A stretch of 62,678 nucleotides of DNA, counting the filler. It is 6 parts of 6 records of this genome, joined end to end, with 100 filler letters (N's around TTAATTAATTAA, not from the genome) between each part and the next. Parts side by side here need not be neighbours in the genome. Positions count along the whole stretch, not along the records: positions 1 to 19,241 come from DRR378314_764; positions 19,342 to 32,865 come from DRR378314_768; 4 more parts are not named here. One strand, written 5' to 3'. Under the pieces are notes generated by a model that was not told where the DNA came from, ran no database searches, and saw only the letters and a list, made by a program, of their open reading frames with translations. The first letter of the stretch is position 1; the number at the start of each line of letters is the position of its first letter. Below are positions 17,573-27,476 of the stretch, in pieces. Made by a program: the position numbers and the translations under genes.

Positions 17573-18940
17573 ATGAACATGCTGTTTTTGCAGGAGCTGT
17601 TCAACAACATCACCCAACGTGATGCGCTGTTGCGGCGCCGCCATCCCGAGACCTTAACGCCCGACCATGGGCAGTTGGTGAAAGCCTGCCAAAAGTTGCT
17701 GGAAAGCGATGGTGAGGCTTCCAGCATTGCGCTGGCAAGCCGCGCTTTGGCGATTTATCAGCGCCTTTCGGCAGCTGAAAAAAGCAGCTTCTTTGCCCGC
17801 CTAACGACTGACTTTGCGGCCGAGCCCGGCCCCATTGACGCGGCCTATCTGGCGTATCAAGACGCTCGCGACAATCAATCGCTACAGCGCTTGTTTGAAG
17901 CCTGTGAGCCCCGTCGCCAAGAGCTTTTCCGGCGCCTAAATCTCGCCAGCGACGGCACCTATGAGCTGGTTAAAATGCGTGAAGACCTGCTGGGGTTGCT
18001 ACGCGAACAGCCGGAATTAGCGGCTATCGACAACGATTTCGCACACCTGTTCGGCTCCTGGTTTAACCGTGGCTTTTTGATGCTCAAGCGCATTGACTGG
18101 AACACCCCCGCCTCGATTCTAGAGAAGATCATCCGCTACGAAGCGGTACACGAGATTCAGGATTGGGACGACCTGCGCCGTCGGCTGGATGCCCGTGACC
18201 GTCGCTGTTTCGCCTTTTTCCACCCGGCGATTGGCGATGAGCCGCTAATCTTTGTAGAAGTGGCCCTCCACAAGGGCCTGCCAAGCCGTATTCAACCCAT
18301 CCTCTCTGGCGAAAGCAGCTATAGCAAAAAAGGTATCGATGACCCCGAGGATGCTGACACGGCGGCGTTCTTTGGCATTAGCAACTGTCAGAACGGGCTG
18401 CGCGGGATCTCCTTCGGTAATTTTTTGATCAAACAGGTGGTGCAAGAGCTCTCCCAGGAGCTGCCGCAGCTTAAATACTTCGTCACCCTCTCGCCGGTGC
18501 CTGGCTTCGCTCAGTGGCTTCAGGAGCAGCGGGACGATGAGCAACTTCCCTCGTCGCTGCGTCAATCACTCAAAGGGCTTGAAACCCCAGGATGGCATCA
18601 GGACCAAGCGCTTGAAGAGCAGCTGAAAGCCGCCATTCGCCCACTGGCCGCCCGTTATCTGGCCGAAGAGAAAAACCGCCACGGCTTGCCACTCAATCCG
18701 GTGGCCCGCTTTCACCTCGGCAATGGCGCCGAACTCCACCGTATTAACTGGTTGGGCGATACCTCCGAGAAGGGCTTTAAACAAGCCGCAGGACTGATGG
18801 TTAACTATCTGTATGTGCTGAACGATATCGAGCGCAATCACGAAAACTATACCGCCAAGGCGACCGTTGCTTGCTCAAATGAGGTGCGTGACCTCGCCAA
18901 ACGCGCCCGCAAGCTGGCCAAGGGAGAGACCACCAAATGA
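17573..18940 (+). CDS. matA: Malonyl-CoA decarboxylase
   Basis: YEAVHEI..WDDLRRRL, RRCFAFFHP, EPLIFVEVAL, GISFGNFLIKQV, TLSPVPGF, PVARFHLGNGA. Confidence 0.95.
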   Translation: MNMLFLQELFNNITQRDALLRRRHPETLTPDHGQLVKACQKLLESDGEASSIALASRALAIYQRLSAAEKSSFFARLTTDFAAEPGPIDAAYLAYQDARDNQSLQRLFEACEPRRQELFRRLNLASDGTYELVKMREDLLGLLREQPELAAIDNDFAHLFGSWFNRGFLMLKRIDWNTPASILEKIIRYEAVHEIQDWDDLRRRLDARDRRCFAFFHPAIGDEPLIFVEVALHKGLPSRIQPILSGESSYSKKGIDDPEDADTAAFFGISNCQNGLRGISFGNFLIKQVVQELSQELPQLKYFVTLSPVPGFAQWLQEQRDDEQLPSSLRQSLKGLETPGWHQDQALEEQLKAAIRPLAARYLAEEKNRHGLPLNPVARFHLGNGAELHRINWLGDTSEKGFKQAAGLMVNYLYVLNDIERNHENYTAKATVACSNEVRDLAKRARKLAKGETTK

Positions 18941-19241
18941 GCCACAACCTATTTGAAACCTTTGCTGCCAAAATGCGCGAGCGCGCAGAGGCCGATTTTA
19001 TTACCACCCGCGACGGCCGCCGCTATCGCTACGCCGATGCGCTAGCCATCAGTGCGCAGCTTGCGGGTGCACTCACCGAGTTAGGCGTTAAGCAAGGTGA
19101 CCGCGTCGCGGTACAGGTGGATAAAAGTCCTGAGGCGATACTGCTTTACTTGGCCTGCCTGCGCATCGGCGGCGTCTATTTGCCCCTCAATACGGGCTAT
19201 ACCGGCGATGAAATTCGCTACTTTTTAAATGACGCCGAGCC
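18937..19241 (+). CDS. matB: Malonyl-CoA synthetase, 3'-truncated by the contig end
   Basis: GDRVAVQVDKSPEAILLYLACLRIGGVYLPLNTGYT; ATGA overlap with matA. Confidence 0.88.
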
Positions 19242-19341
19242 NNNNNNNNNNNNNNNNNNNNNNNNNNNNNNNNNNNNNNNNNNNNTTAATTAATTAANNN
19301 NNNNNNNNNNNNNNNNNNNNNNNNNNNNNNNNNNNNNNNNN
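19242..19341. other. Artificial contig linker
   Basis: 44 N + TTAATTAATTAA (stop codons in all six frames) + 44 N; abrupt change in base composition. Confidence 0.99.
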
Positions 19342-19437
19342 CAATAATTAAGAAAGGAAATTCTATAACTATGCTAAGTTATTTATTACTAATAATAATT
19401 CCTCTAGGTTGGTTTTTGGTTGAGAAAAGACGAAAAA

Positions 19438-21132
19438 TCAAGTCTTTTTAATAGATTTTAAGTATTCTGACGGTGTAATTCCTAGTTCTTTTTTAAATAC
19501 TCTAGTAAAAGCAGATGCATTTGTATACCCAATTTCTTCTGCTAAATATTGAATGGTGTAATGGTGATATTTAGTGTCTGAATTAAGTTTTTTAATCAAG
19601 TAATCAATTCTTAATTTGGTAATATACTGTTTAAAACTTTGGTTTTTAGAGTTGTTGATAATGTAAGAAATATATGTAGTATTAGTGTTTAACTTTTGAG
19701 CAAATTCTTTTAAAGTGAAATTGTGATTTAAAAACTCAGTAGAATTCTCCAAATCATTAAGTTTTTCTATAATCGTTTCTTCAAGCTCTTTTTCTATGTT
19801 GTAATCTTTTTTTGGCGGTGCTTCACTCGACTTAAATTCATCTAGCTTTTCATCATATTCTTGTTTGTTTAATTTTCTGTTTTTATTAAACCATAAATAC
19901 AATAAAGAAATGAAAATTATAAACAATGATGCAATAATGATAATTTGAATTACATGATTTTTACGTTTAGAATTAATAACTAAATCATTTTTGCTATTAA
20001 CTTCATTAAAATTATGTAAATAGTGTAGTTTGTTAATTTTTGTTTTATGCTCATTAAGTTCTGAGACCTCATTTAAACCTAATCTAGAAAACTTATAAGC
20101 ACTGTCCTTTTGTTGTAAGATGTCATATTGTTGTGCTAAAATATCATAAACCTTAATTAAATTTACTTTTGTGTTAGGGGTGTTTTGTTGATAGTTTAAG
20201 AATCGATGAGCATAATAAAGTGTAGAGTCACTTTGCTTTAAATTAAAATAGATGATAGATTTATATAAATTCAAATCCTGATTTAGATTTGCTAGTTTCA
20301 AATTTTCTTCACTATTTAAGTCTTGCACTATGGTTAAAGAATTCTTGTAATCTTCTTTTTTTAATAATACCTTTATTTTTCTTAAATTAAATAAGTAATC
20401 TGTGTCTTTATGTGGAGGATTAAAATTTAAGGCAGTTTCATATGCTTTTTTATAATAAATCAATGATAAATCTAAATTTTGATCTTCTTTATTTTTACTT
20501 TTTTTGATATAAGTATCTCCTAAAATATTATAAGCACTACTTTTATGTGTTATGATATAGTATTTTTCTTTTTCAGTTTTTGGTTTAATAAATTCTGCTT
20601 CTTTAATAGCATTTTTTAATATAGTAGTTGCTTCATTATAAAATCCTAACTCTGATTTTATTAAAGCCTTACTATATTCATTGGCCAATTTTTTTAAATA
20701 AAACTTGGTATCTTTAATAAAAGATTTAGAAATTGATTCTTTTAAAATTAAATAGTCAAATGCTTCCTTGTACCTGTTTGTGTTTTTATTAATCCAAAAC
20801 AGTCTTTCATAAATTCGATACTTGTTTTTATTTTGACAATCGTTATTGATGCTTTTTATTTCTGAAAGAATGGCTAAGCAAATAGCTTCAGATTTTTTGT
20901 AATTTCCTGTTTTGTAATAATTGTTAGCTTCTATAAATTTACCTAATACAGCAGTACAAGGATTTTTAGATGCTTGCATTTCTATTGCGTAATATTTTAA
21001 ACTATCTATGTTGTATTTAATTCCTTTAGAATAATTTCTTTTTTCATAATCATTTAATTTATCTACTAAGTTTTGACTATTTATAGAGATTGTAAAAAAT
21101 ATTGAGATAATTATGATAAAAATTCTTTTCAA
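19438..21132 (-). CDS. Membrane-anchored TPR-sensor AraC-family regulator
   Basis: Signal peptide, TPR-like helical region, one TM segment, C-terminal AraC HTH (LNTNTTYIS, TIQYLAEEIGY, FTRVFKKELGITPS); TTG start. Confidence 0.88.
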   Translation of the reverse strand: MKRIFIIIISIFFTISINSQNLVDKLNDYEKRNYSKGIKYNIDSLKYYAIEMQASKNPCTAVLGKFIEANNYYKTGNYKKSEAICLAILSEIKSINNDCQNKNKYRIYERLFWINKNTNRYKEAFDYLILKESISKSFIKDTKFYLKKLANEYSKALIKSELGFYNEATTILKNAIKEAEFIKPKTEKEKYYIITHKSSAYNILGDTYIKKSKNKEDQNLDLSLIYYKKAYETALNFNPPHKDTDYLFNLRKIKVLLKKEDYKNSLTIVQDLNSEENLKLANLNQDLNLYKSIIYFNLKQSDSTLYYAHRFLNYQQNTPNTKVNLIKVYDILAQQYDILQQKDSAYKFSRLGLNEVSELNEHKTKINKLHYLHNFNEVNSKNDLVINSKRKNHVIQIIIIASLFIIFISLLYLWFNKNRKLNKQEYDEKLDEFKSSEAPPKKDYNIEKELEETIIEKLNDLENSTEFLNHNFTLKEFAQKLNTNTTYISYIINNSKNQSFKQYITKLRIDYLIKKLNSDTKYHHYTIQYLAEEIGYTNASAFTRVFKKELGITPSEYLKSIKKT

Positions 21133-21279
21133 TTGAAAACTATTTAATGTTAATTTATTAATTGATTATTTGTGTGCTTTTTATAAAAAGCAGAAAAGAT
21201 AATTATTATAGAGTAAAGATAATAGGTATATTTACATAATAAAAAAAAGAGTGCTAAAATTACTTGGTGTGAAAAAGAT

Positions 21280-21309
21280 AAAAAAAGAGAGCTTTTGCTC
21301 TCTTTTTTT
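21280..21309. terminator. Bidirectional terminator-like hairpin
   Basis: AAAAAAAGAGAGC-TTTT-GCTCTCTTTTTTT. Confidence 0.65.
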
Positions 21310-21386
21310 ATTTTATATGTTTTTCATGTAAAGTAGTTTGTATACATTTGATATTTAAATTTTATAATAACATTAGTACATAGAAG

Positions 21387-22607
21387 ATGAATATAGGAAT
21401 GTTATTAAATGGAAATTATCCATCTGATATTAGAGTTAGAAAAGAAGCTGAAACATTAGCTAAAAAACATGCTGTTTTTGTTTTGTGTAAGAAAAATGAA
21501 AACGAAAAAGAGTATGAAGTAATTAATGGTGTTCAGGTAATACGTAAAATTATTTATAAAAGCCTTGCTCATGAAGGGGTAATTGATGTAATTGCTTCTG
21601 TAAGTTTTGTACATCCTTATTTTAAAGCTACTTTACCTTATTTTATTAATGAAAATAAAATAGACGTACTGCATGTACACGATTTGCCGTTAGCTAAAAC
21701 CGCTTTTTTAGCTGCAAGAAAATACCACTTAAAAACAGTATTAGACTTACATGAAAATTACCCAGCAGCTTTAAAAACATGGTTTGCTTGGAGGAAAAAC
21801 CCTGTGATAAGAATTAAAAATAGATTATTTTTTAGTTATCAAAGATAGAGACATTACGAATCAAGAATTGTAAAAAAATATGACATTGTTATTGCTGTAG
21901 TAGATGAAATGAAGCAGAGACTTGTAGAGCAACATAATTTGTCTTCTGAAAATATTGTAATAGTTCCAAATGCAGAAAAAAAAGAGTTCGCTCATAATTT
22001 TGATGATCAAACTCCTAGTTATTTTATAAATGAAGAAAATAGATTTATCATTTCTTATGTTGGTGGTTTTGGACCACATAGAGGCTTGCATACTGCCATT
22101 TTAGGGATGAAAGAAATCTCAAGTCAAATTCCAAATTCTAAATTAGTTTTAGTTGGACCATCAAATAATGATGTTAGAAGCCATTTGCAAAGTTTAATTA
22201 ATGAAAATAGTTTAGAAAATTTTGTTGAAATTCGAAATAAAGAGCCTTTTAAGAATGTTGTGAACATAATGCAAAGTTCTGATGTAAATATCATTCCACA
22301 TATTTCAAATGAACACACAGAAAGTGCTGTTCCACATAAATTTTTTCAAATATTATTATCTGGTAAGCCTTTGTTGGTTTCAGATTGTGCTCCTATGAAA
22401 AGGTTAGTTTTAGATAATGATATAGGTAATTACTTTATTTCTGAAGATTCAAGTAGTTTTGCAAATTCTATTAAAAATATTCATAATAATTATCAATCGG
22501 CATTGCAAAAAGCATCAAAAGGAAATGAAAAATCATTAAATGGAGAATTGAATTGGGAGTTTACTTCTAAAAACTTAGTACATTTATACGATAACTTAAA
22601 TAAGTGA
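21387..22607 (+). pseudogene. GT4 glycosyltransferase interrupted by one in-frame TAG at 21846-21848
   Basis: ORFs 21387-21848 and 21909-22607 share a frame and read YQR*RHYESRIVKKYDIVIAVVDEMK; GT4 motifs DIRVRKEA, HVHDLP, DLHENYP, PHKFFQ. Confidence 0.8.
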
Positions 22608-23878
22608 AAGTATTAATTGTAACATACTATTGGCCACCCTCTGGTGGTTCTGGAGTGCAACGATGGTTGAAGTTTGTGAAATATTTGCAAAATTTCGGTA
22701 TTGAGCCTGTTGTTTATACAATTGCAAATCCAAATTACCCAATTACTGATGAATCATTAATTAAAGAGATTCCAGATAATATAACAATTTTAAAGCAACC
22801 TATATGGGAGCCTAATAATATATTAATAAAATTTAAAAGGAATAAAACACAAGAATCTGCAGGTTTTTTAAATCCTAATCCTTCCATCTTTGGGAAGATC
22901 TTACAATATATAAGAGCTAATTATTTTATTCCGGATGCAAGAAGATTTTGGATTAATCCTAGCGTGAAATATCTTAATAATTTTTTAAGTACAAATTCTA
23001 TAGATGTTGTAATAACAACAGGGCCACCACATAGTTTACATTTAATTGGTCTAGAATTAAAGAAAAATAATGATATTAAATGGATTTCAGATTTTAGAGA
23101 CCCATGGACAGAAATAGATTATTTTGAACAGTTACCTTTGACGATTAAGTCAAAAAAGAAACATAGAGAACTTGAGATAATGGTTCTTAAAGCTTCTGAT
23201 GTCGTCTTGGTAATTGGCAAGACAATGAGAGAGAGGTATAAGAAGTATTCAAGTTCTATACATGTTATAACAAATGGATTTGATTCTAAGGATATTAATA
23301 AAGATATTCAGTTAGATAAAAAGTTTACTATCACTCATATTGGTTTAATGAATTCTGATAGAAATCCAAATATATTTTGGAGGGCTATAAAAGAATTAAC
23401 AGATGAGAATTCTAGTTTTGCTTTAGATTATAAGATACAATTAGTTGGAGAAATTGCTAATGAAGTAAAAGAATCAATTCGAAATTATAACTTAAAAGGT
23501 GTTGAAGATGTTGGTTATGTATTACATGATAAGGTCTCTGAGTATCAGAATAAATCTCAAGTATTATTATTGGCAGTAAATAATGTTAAAAGTGCTAAAG
23601 GAATAATTACAGGGAAAATATTTGAATATTTACAAGCTAAACGGCCTATTTTAGCTATTGGACCTGTGGATGGAGATTTAGCAGAGATTTTAAATACCAC
23701 CAAATCAGGTAAAATATTTGATTTTGAAGATTTATCAAATTTAAAAGCTGAAATATTAAGGTTATATAATTCTTATAAAGAAAATAATTTAGTCTTAAAT
23801 TCGGAAAATATAGAGCAATATCATAGAAAAGAACTGACATTACAATTGTCTAAAATATTAAAAGAAACAATTTCTTAA
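22604..23878 (+). CDS. GT4-family glycosyltransferase
   Basis: YYWPPSGGSGVQRWLKF, TTGPPHS, DFRDPW, GKIFEYL. Confidence 0.9.
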   Translation: MKVLIVTYYWPPSGGSGVQRWLKFVKYLQNFGIEPVVYTIANPNYPITDESLIKEIPDNITILKQPIWEPNNILIKFKRNKTQESAGFLNPNPSIFGKILQYIRANYFIPDARRFWINPSVKYLNNFLSTNSIDVVITTGPPHSLHLIGLELKKNNDIKWISDFRDPWTEIDYFEQLPLTIKSKKKHRELEIMVLKASDVVLVIGKTMRERYKKYSSSIHVITNGFDSKDINKDIQLDKKFTITHIGLMNSDRNPNIFWRAIKELTDENSSFALDYKIQLVGEIANEVKESIRNYNLKGVEDVGYVLHDKVSEYQNKSQVLLLAVNNVKSAKGIITGKIFEYLQAKRPILAIGPVDGDLAEILNTTKSGKIFDFEDLSNLKAEILRLYNSYKENNLVLNSENIEQYHRKELTLQLSKILKETIS

Positions 23879-23884
23879 AATTAT

Positions 23885-24961
23885 ATGAAGAAGATAGTTA
23901 CAATATTAGGAGCAAGACCTCAATTTGTTAAAGCAGCTGTACTAAGTAGAGTTATAAAAGAGCACAATGTAATAGAAGAAGTAATTGTTCATACAGGTCA
24001 GCATTTTGATACAAATATGAGTGCTGTATTTTTTCAAGAGATGGAGATTCCAATGCCAGCATATAATTTAGATATAAATAGTTTGGGTCATGGTGCTATG
24101 ACAGGGAAAATGTTAGAGAAAATTGAAGTTATTCTATTAGATGAAAAGCCAGATGCTGTTGTTGTTTATGGAGATACTAATTCTACAATTGCTGGTTCTT
24201 TGGCTGCAAAAAAATTACAAATAAAAGTAATTCATATTGAAGCTGGTTTGCGATCATTTAATATGAAAATGCCTGAAGAAGTAAATAGAATTTTAACCGA
24301 CAGAATCTCAGATTTACTTTGCTGCCCTACAGATTCTGCAATTCGAAATTTGAAAAATGAAGGATTTGAGAACCTTCCTATTCGAATAGAAAAGAATGGT
24401 GATATTATGAAAGATGCTGTAGAGTATTATAGTAAAACCTCAAAAGAGAAGTCTAATATTATATCTGAATTACAATTAAATAATTTTGTTTTAGCTACAA
24501 TACATCGACAAGAAAATACAGATGATTTAGATAGATTAAAATCTATTTTTTCCGCTTTAGATGACATTCATAAGTCTTGTGAGGTAGTTTTACCAATACA
24601 TCCGAGAACAAAAAATATATTAGAACAAAACAATATAAAATCTAAAATTACATTTATTGATCCTGTTGGATATTTTTCAATGTTAGAATTATTAAAAAAC
24701 TGTAAAATGGTAATTTCTGACAGTGGAGGATTACAAAAAGAAGCTTTTTTTAACAAAAAAAACTGCATAATTGTTAGAGATGAAACAGAATGGACAGAGT
24801 TGGTTGAAAACAATTTTGCTGAAATTGTAGGAAGCGATAAAACTAAAATTGTTGATGCTTTTAATAGGTTTAAAAACATTAATATGAAGTTTAATAAACA
24901 ATTATATGGTGCAAATGTAGGGGAAAGTATTCATCAATCAATATTGTCTTTATTAAATTAA
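23885..24961 (+). CDS. wecB: UDP-N-acetylglucosamine 2-epimerase (non-hydrolysing)
   Basis: GARPQFVK, HTGQH, GDTNST, HIEAGLRS, PEEVNR, DSGGLQKEA. Confidence 0.95.
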   Translation: MKKIVTILGARPQFVKAAVLSRVIKEHNVIEEVIVHTGQHFDTNMSAVFFQEMEIPMPAYNLDINSLGHGAMTGKMLEKIEVILLDEKPDAVVVYGDTNSTIAGSLAAKKLQIKVIHIEAGLRSFNMKMPEEVNRILTDRISDLLCCPTDSAIRNLKNEGFENLPIRIEKNGDIMKDAVEYYSKTSKEKSNIISELQLNNFVLATIHRQENTDDLDRLKSIFSALDDIHKSCEVVLPIHPRTKNILEQNNIKSKITFIDPVGYFSMLELLKNCKMVISDSGGLQKEAFFNKKNCIIVRDETEWTELVENNFAEIVGSDKTKIVDAFNRFKNINMKFNKQLYGANVGESIHQSILSLLN

Positions 24962-24970
24962 AATATTAAA

Positions 24971-26431
24971 GTGGGAATTGTATTAAAACAGTCATCTAGG
25001 AATACACTAATTATTTTTGTAGCTTTTGCTATAGGTGGAATTAATACGCTATTTTTATATACACAGTTTCTAACTGATTCTTATTATGGATTAGTGGTTT
25101 TTCTATTATCTGCCGCAAATTTATTAATGCCATTAACAGCTTTTGGAATTCAATATACAATTGTTAAGTTTTTTGCTTCATATACAACTAAAATAGAACG
25201 TGATAAGTTTTTGTCATCTGCTATTATTTTACCACTGTTTATTGCTTTGCCTATTGGTTTTTTGGGTAATGTTTTCTACGAGCAAATCAGTATCTTTTTA
25301 TCCTCTAAAAATAGTATGATAAAAGATTACACTTTTGTAATTTATCTTGTAGCTATAGCAACAGCATATTTTGAGATTTTTTATGCTTGGTCTAAAGTGC
25401 ATTTACAATCAGTATTTGGAAATGGTATAAAAGAACTTTATCATAGAGTTTCAACGATGGTATTATTATGTTTAATTTGGCTAGAATTCATAAATGTAGA
25501 ACAGTTTATTTGGCTTATGACTGCTTCTTATTTTTTACGAATGTTATTAATGATTTGGTATGCGTTAAAATTATATACACCAAAATTTACTTTACAATTA
25601 CCAGAAAACTATAAAGAGATTTTTAAATACTCGCTATATATTATTTTAGCAGGTTCTGCTAGTGCTATTTTGTTAGATATAGATAAAGTTATGTTACCGC
25701 AAAAAGAAGCCATAGAGTTTACTGCATATTATACGGTTGGTGTTTTTATAGCTTCTGTAATTGAAGCCCCTGGCAGAGCTATGAGTCAAATATTACAACC
25801 ATTAACATCTAAAGCAATTCATGAAGATAATATTAATGAATTGAAAAAATTATATAAGAAAAGCTCTATTAATTTATTATTGGTTTGTGGTCTGTTCTTT
25901 CTTCTAATAAATTTAAATATTACTGAACTATATCAGTTATTGCCAGAAAAATATTCTGGAGGAGTTTTTATTGTTCTTATGATTTCTGTTGCTAAATTAT
26001 ACATTATGTTTTTAGGGAATAATGGAGCCATTATTTCTAATTCTAAATATTATAAAGTTTTATTACCTTATGGTATAGCAATGGCACTTTCTGTTGCGTA
26101 TTTAAATGTTTGGTTAATTGATCTTTATGGGATGAATGGTGCTGCTTTATCTACTTTATTAGTAATCTTAGTTTTTAATACAATTAAGATATGGTATGTG
26201 AAAATTAAATTTGATATGTTACCTTTTACTAAGAAATCTTTTGTGTTAATGATTTTAATTGTATCCTTTTATACTTTATTCATATTTTGGAATTTTGATT
26301 TTCATCCAATAATAAATATTGGATTAAAATCGGGGATAATTATTATATGTTATTTACTTATAGTTTATAAACTAAAAATCTCAACAGATATAAACCAATT
26401 AATTTTAAAGTTTATAAAATACAATCAATAG
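24971..26431 (+). CDS. Polysaccharide flippase (Wzx/MOP superfamily)
   Basis: About 14 TM segments, IDKVML, GMNGAALST; located in a glycan cluster. Confidence 0.85.
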   Translation: MGIVLKQSSRNTLIIFVAFAIGGINTLFLYTQFLTDSYYGLVVFLLSAANLLMPLTAFGIQYTIVKFFASYTTKIERDKFLSSAIILPLFIALPIGFLGNVFYEQISIFLSSKNSMIKDYTFVIYLVAIATAYFEIFYAWSKVHLQSVFGNGIKELYHRVSTMVLLCLIWLEFINVEQFIWLMTASYFLRMLLMIWYALKLYTPKFTLQLPENYKEIFKYSLYIILAGSASAILLDIDKVMLPQKEAIEFTAYYTVGVFIASVIEAPGRAMSQILQPLTSKAIHEDNINELKKLYKKSSINLLLVCGLFFLLINLNITELYQLLPEKYSGGVFIVLMISVAKLYIMFLGNNGAIISNSKYYKVLLPYGIAMALSVAYLNVWLIDLYGMNGAALSTLLVILVFNTIKIWYVKIKFDMLPFTKKSFVLMILIVSFYTLFIFWNFDFHPIINIGLKSGIIIICYLLIVYKLKISTDINQLILKFIKYNQ

Positions 26432-26720
26432 TGTCTGCCAAAATATGAAGTAGCAGAGCAAGTCCTAATACTCTTGTTTTTTTAAAAAAAAATAAAATAC
26501 TGTATAGTCCTATTGCATAATAGGAGTGAAGGGGATGGAAAGTAATACTACATCTATTCGGGTCAAAAATTGGAGAAGCTAATATGTGATCTAAATCTAT
26601 AATTATTCCTGCAATTAATATGAAATATACTTTTTTCCATTGCTTGTTGTAAAATATATATGCTATGAATATGGGCACTATAAAGTGAAAACCATAATGT
26701 ATAAAAAATTTTAATTCCAT
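26412..26720 (-). CDS. DUF6122-like small membrane protein
   Basis: HYGFHF..P, DLDH...PIFDPNRCSITFHPLHSY; ATG 26720 preferred because 26756 lies inside a terminator hairpin. Confidence 0.75.
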   Translation of the reverse strand: MELKFFIHYGFHFIVPIFIAYIFYNKQWKKVYFILIAGIIIDLDHILASPIFDPNRCSITFHPLHSYYAIGLYSILFFFKKTRVLGLALLLHILADTIDCIL

Positions 26721-26728
26721 AATTATGT

Positions 26729-26763
26729 AAAAATAAAAAGACTTGTATTTATACAAGTCTTTT
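26729..26763 (-). terminator. Rho-independent terminator
   Basis: AAAAGACTTGTAT-TT-ATACAAGTCTTTT with a U-rich tail on the minus strand. Confidence 0.8.
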
Positions 26764-26812
26764 CTTTTAGAATAAATTACTAGGGGATAGTATATTTATT
26801 AGGGGACATTCT
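26733..26812 (-). ncRNA. Candidate ~80-nt small RNA (or 9-aa micro-ORF transcript) with two TCCCCTA motifs
   Basis: Bounded by a Bacteroidetes -7 motif (TATTTTTG, minus strand, 26817-26824) and the terminator; inferred, no family recognised. Confidence 0.4.
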
Positions 26813-26846
26813 ATATCAAAAATATGTTTTTATTGTTTATTAAGTG

Positions 26847-26860
26847 TTAACATATGTTAA
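26847..26860. promoter_or_regulatory. Perfect palindrome, putative Crp/Fnr-type binding site
   Basis: TTAACATATGTTAA, 7 bp downstream of the Crp gene stop codon. Confidence 0.6.
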
Positions 26861-26867
26861 TAGATTG

Positions 26868-27443
26868 TTATTTAGAGTACAATTCTTTTCTAATTCTACT
26901 TAACTGAACTGCTGTAATATTTAAGTAAGATGCTATATGATATTGTTGAATAAGGTTCTCAACTTCTGGAATATCATTCTTTAGTTTTAGATATCTTTCT
27001 GTTGCATTTAATGTAGTTAATTCATTAATCCTTTTTACAACATTAAGAAAAACATTCTCAAGAACTTTTGAGTGAAACAAAGCTAATTCATGATTCATTT
27101 TTGTAAGTTCTAAAAACTTAAAATAATCACCTTCTAAAAACTCACAATCAGTCAAACAATCGTAAGTTGATGCAGAGGGTTGTTTTTTGACTAATGCTGT
27201 TAATGAGCCAGAAGTTGTTATAGGTACAAACAACGTTCTAATATGTTCTTTGCCTTTGTCATCAGTAACAAAGGCTCTTGCCACCCCTTTTTTTAATACA
27301 TAAAATTTTGTTGGAATTTCACCAATTGATACAAATTCTTCTCCCTTTAAGTAGTTTTTTTCATGCATAACACTTTTAAATAAAGTACTAGCTTCTTCTG
27401 ATAAAGGTTGAATTTGGTTTATAAAACCATCAATAAATTCCAT
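26868..27443 (-). CDS. Crp/Fnr-family transcriptional regulator
   Basis: cNMP-binding-like N-terminus; ATERYLKL...QYHIASYLNITAVQLSRIRK HTH typical of Bacteroidetes. Confidence 0.92.
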   Translation of the reverse strand: MEFIDGFINQIQPLSEEASTLFKSVMHEKNYLKGEEFVSIGEIPTKFYVLKKGVARAFVTDDKGKEHIRTLFVPITTSGSLTALVKKQPSASTYDCLTDCEFLEGDYFKFLELTKMNHELALFHSKVLENVFLNVVKRINELTTLNATERYLKLKNDIPEVENLIQQYHIASYLNITAVQLSRIRKELYSK

Positions 27444-27476
27444 TAATAAATTGTTTTAGATAAAATAAATCTGAGT

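Noticed and set aside
19286-19297. TTAATTAATTAA recurring five times, as a possible biological repeat
   Set aside because: It is always centred in N44...N44, so it is a synthetic all-frame-stop spacer. ORFs ending in X...LIN or X...N are artefacts of it.
21846-21848. Pyrrolysine or alternative-code reading of the TAG
   Set aside because: TAG serves as a normal stop elsewhere in this contig (parB), and no pyl genes are visible.
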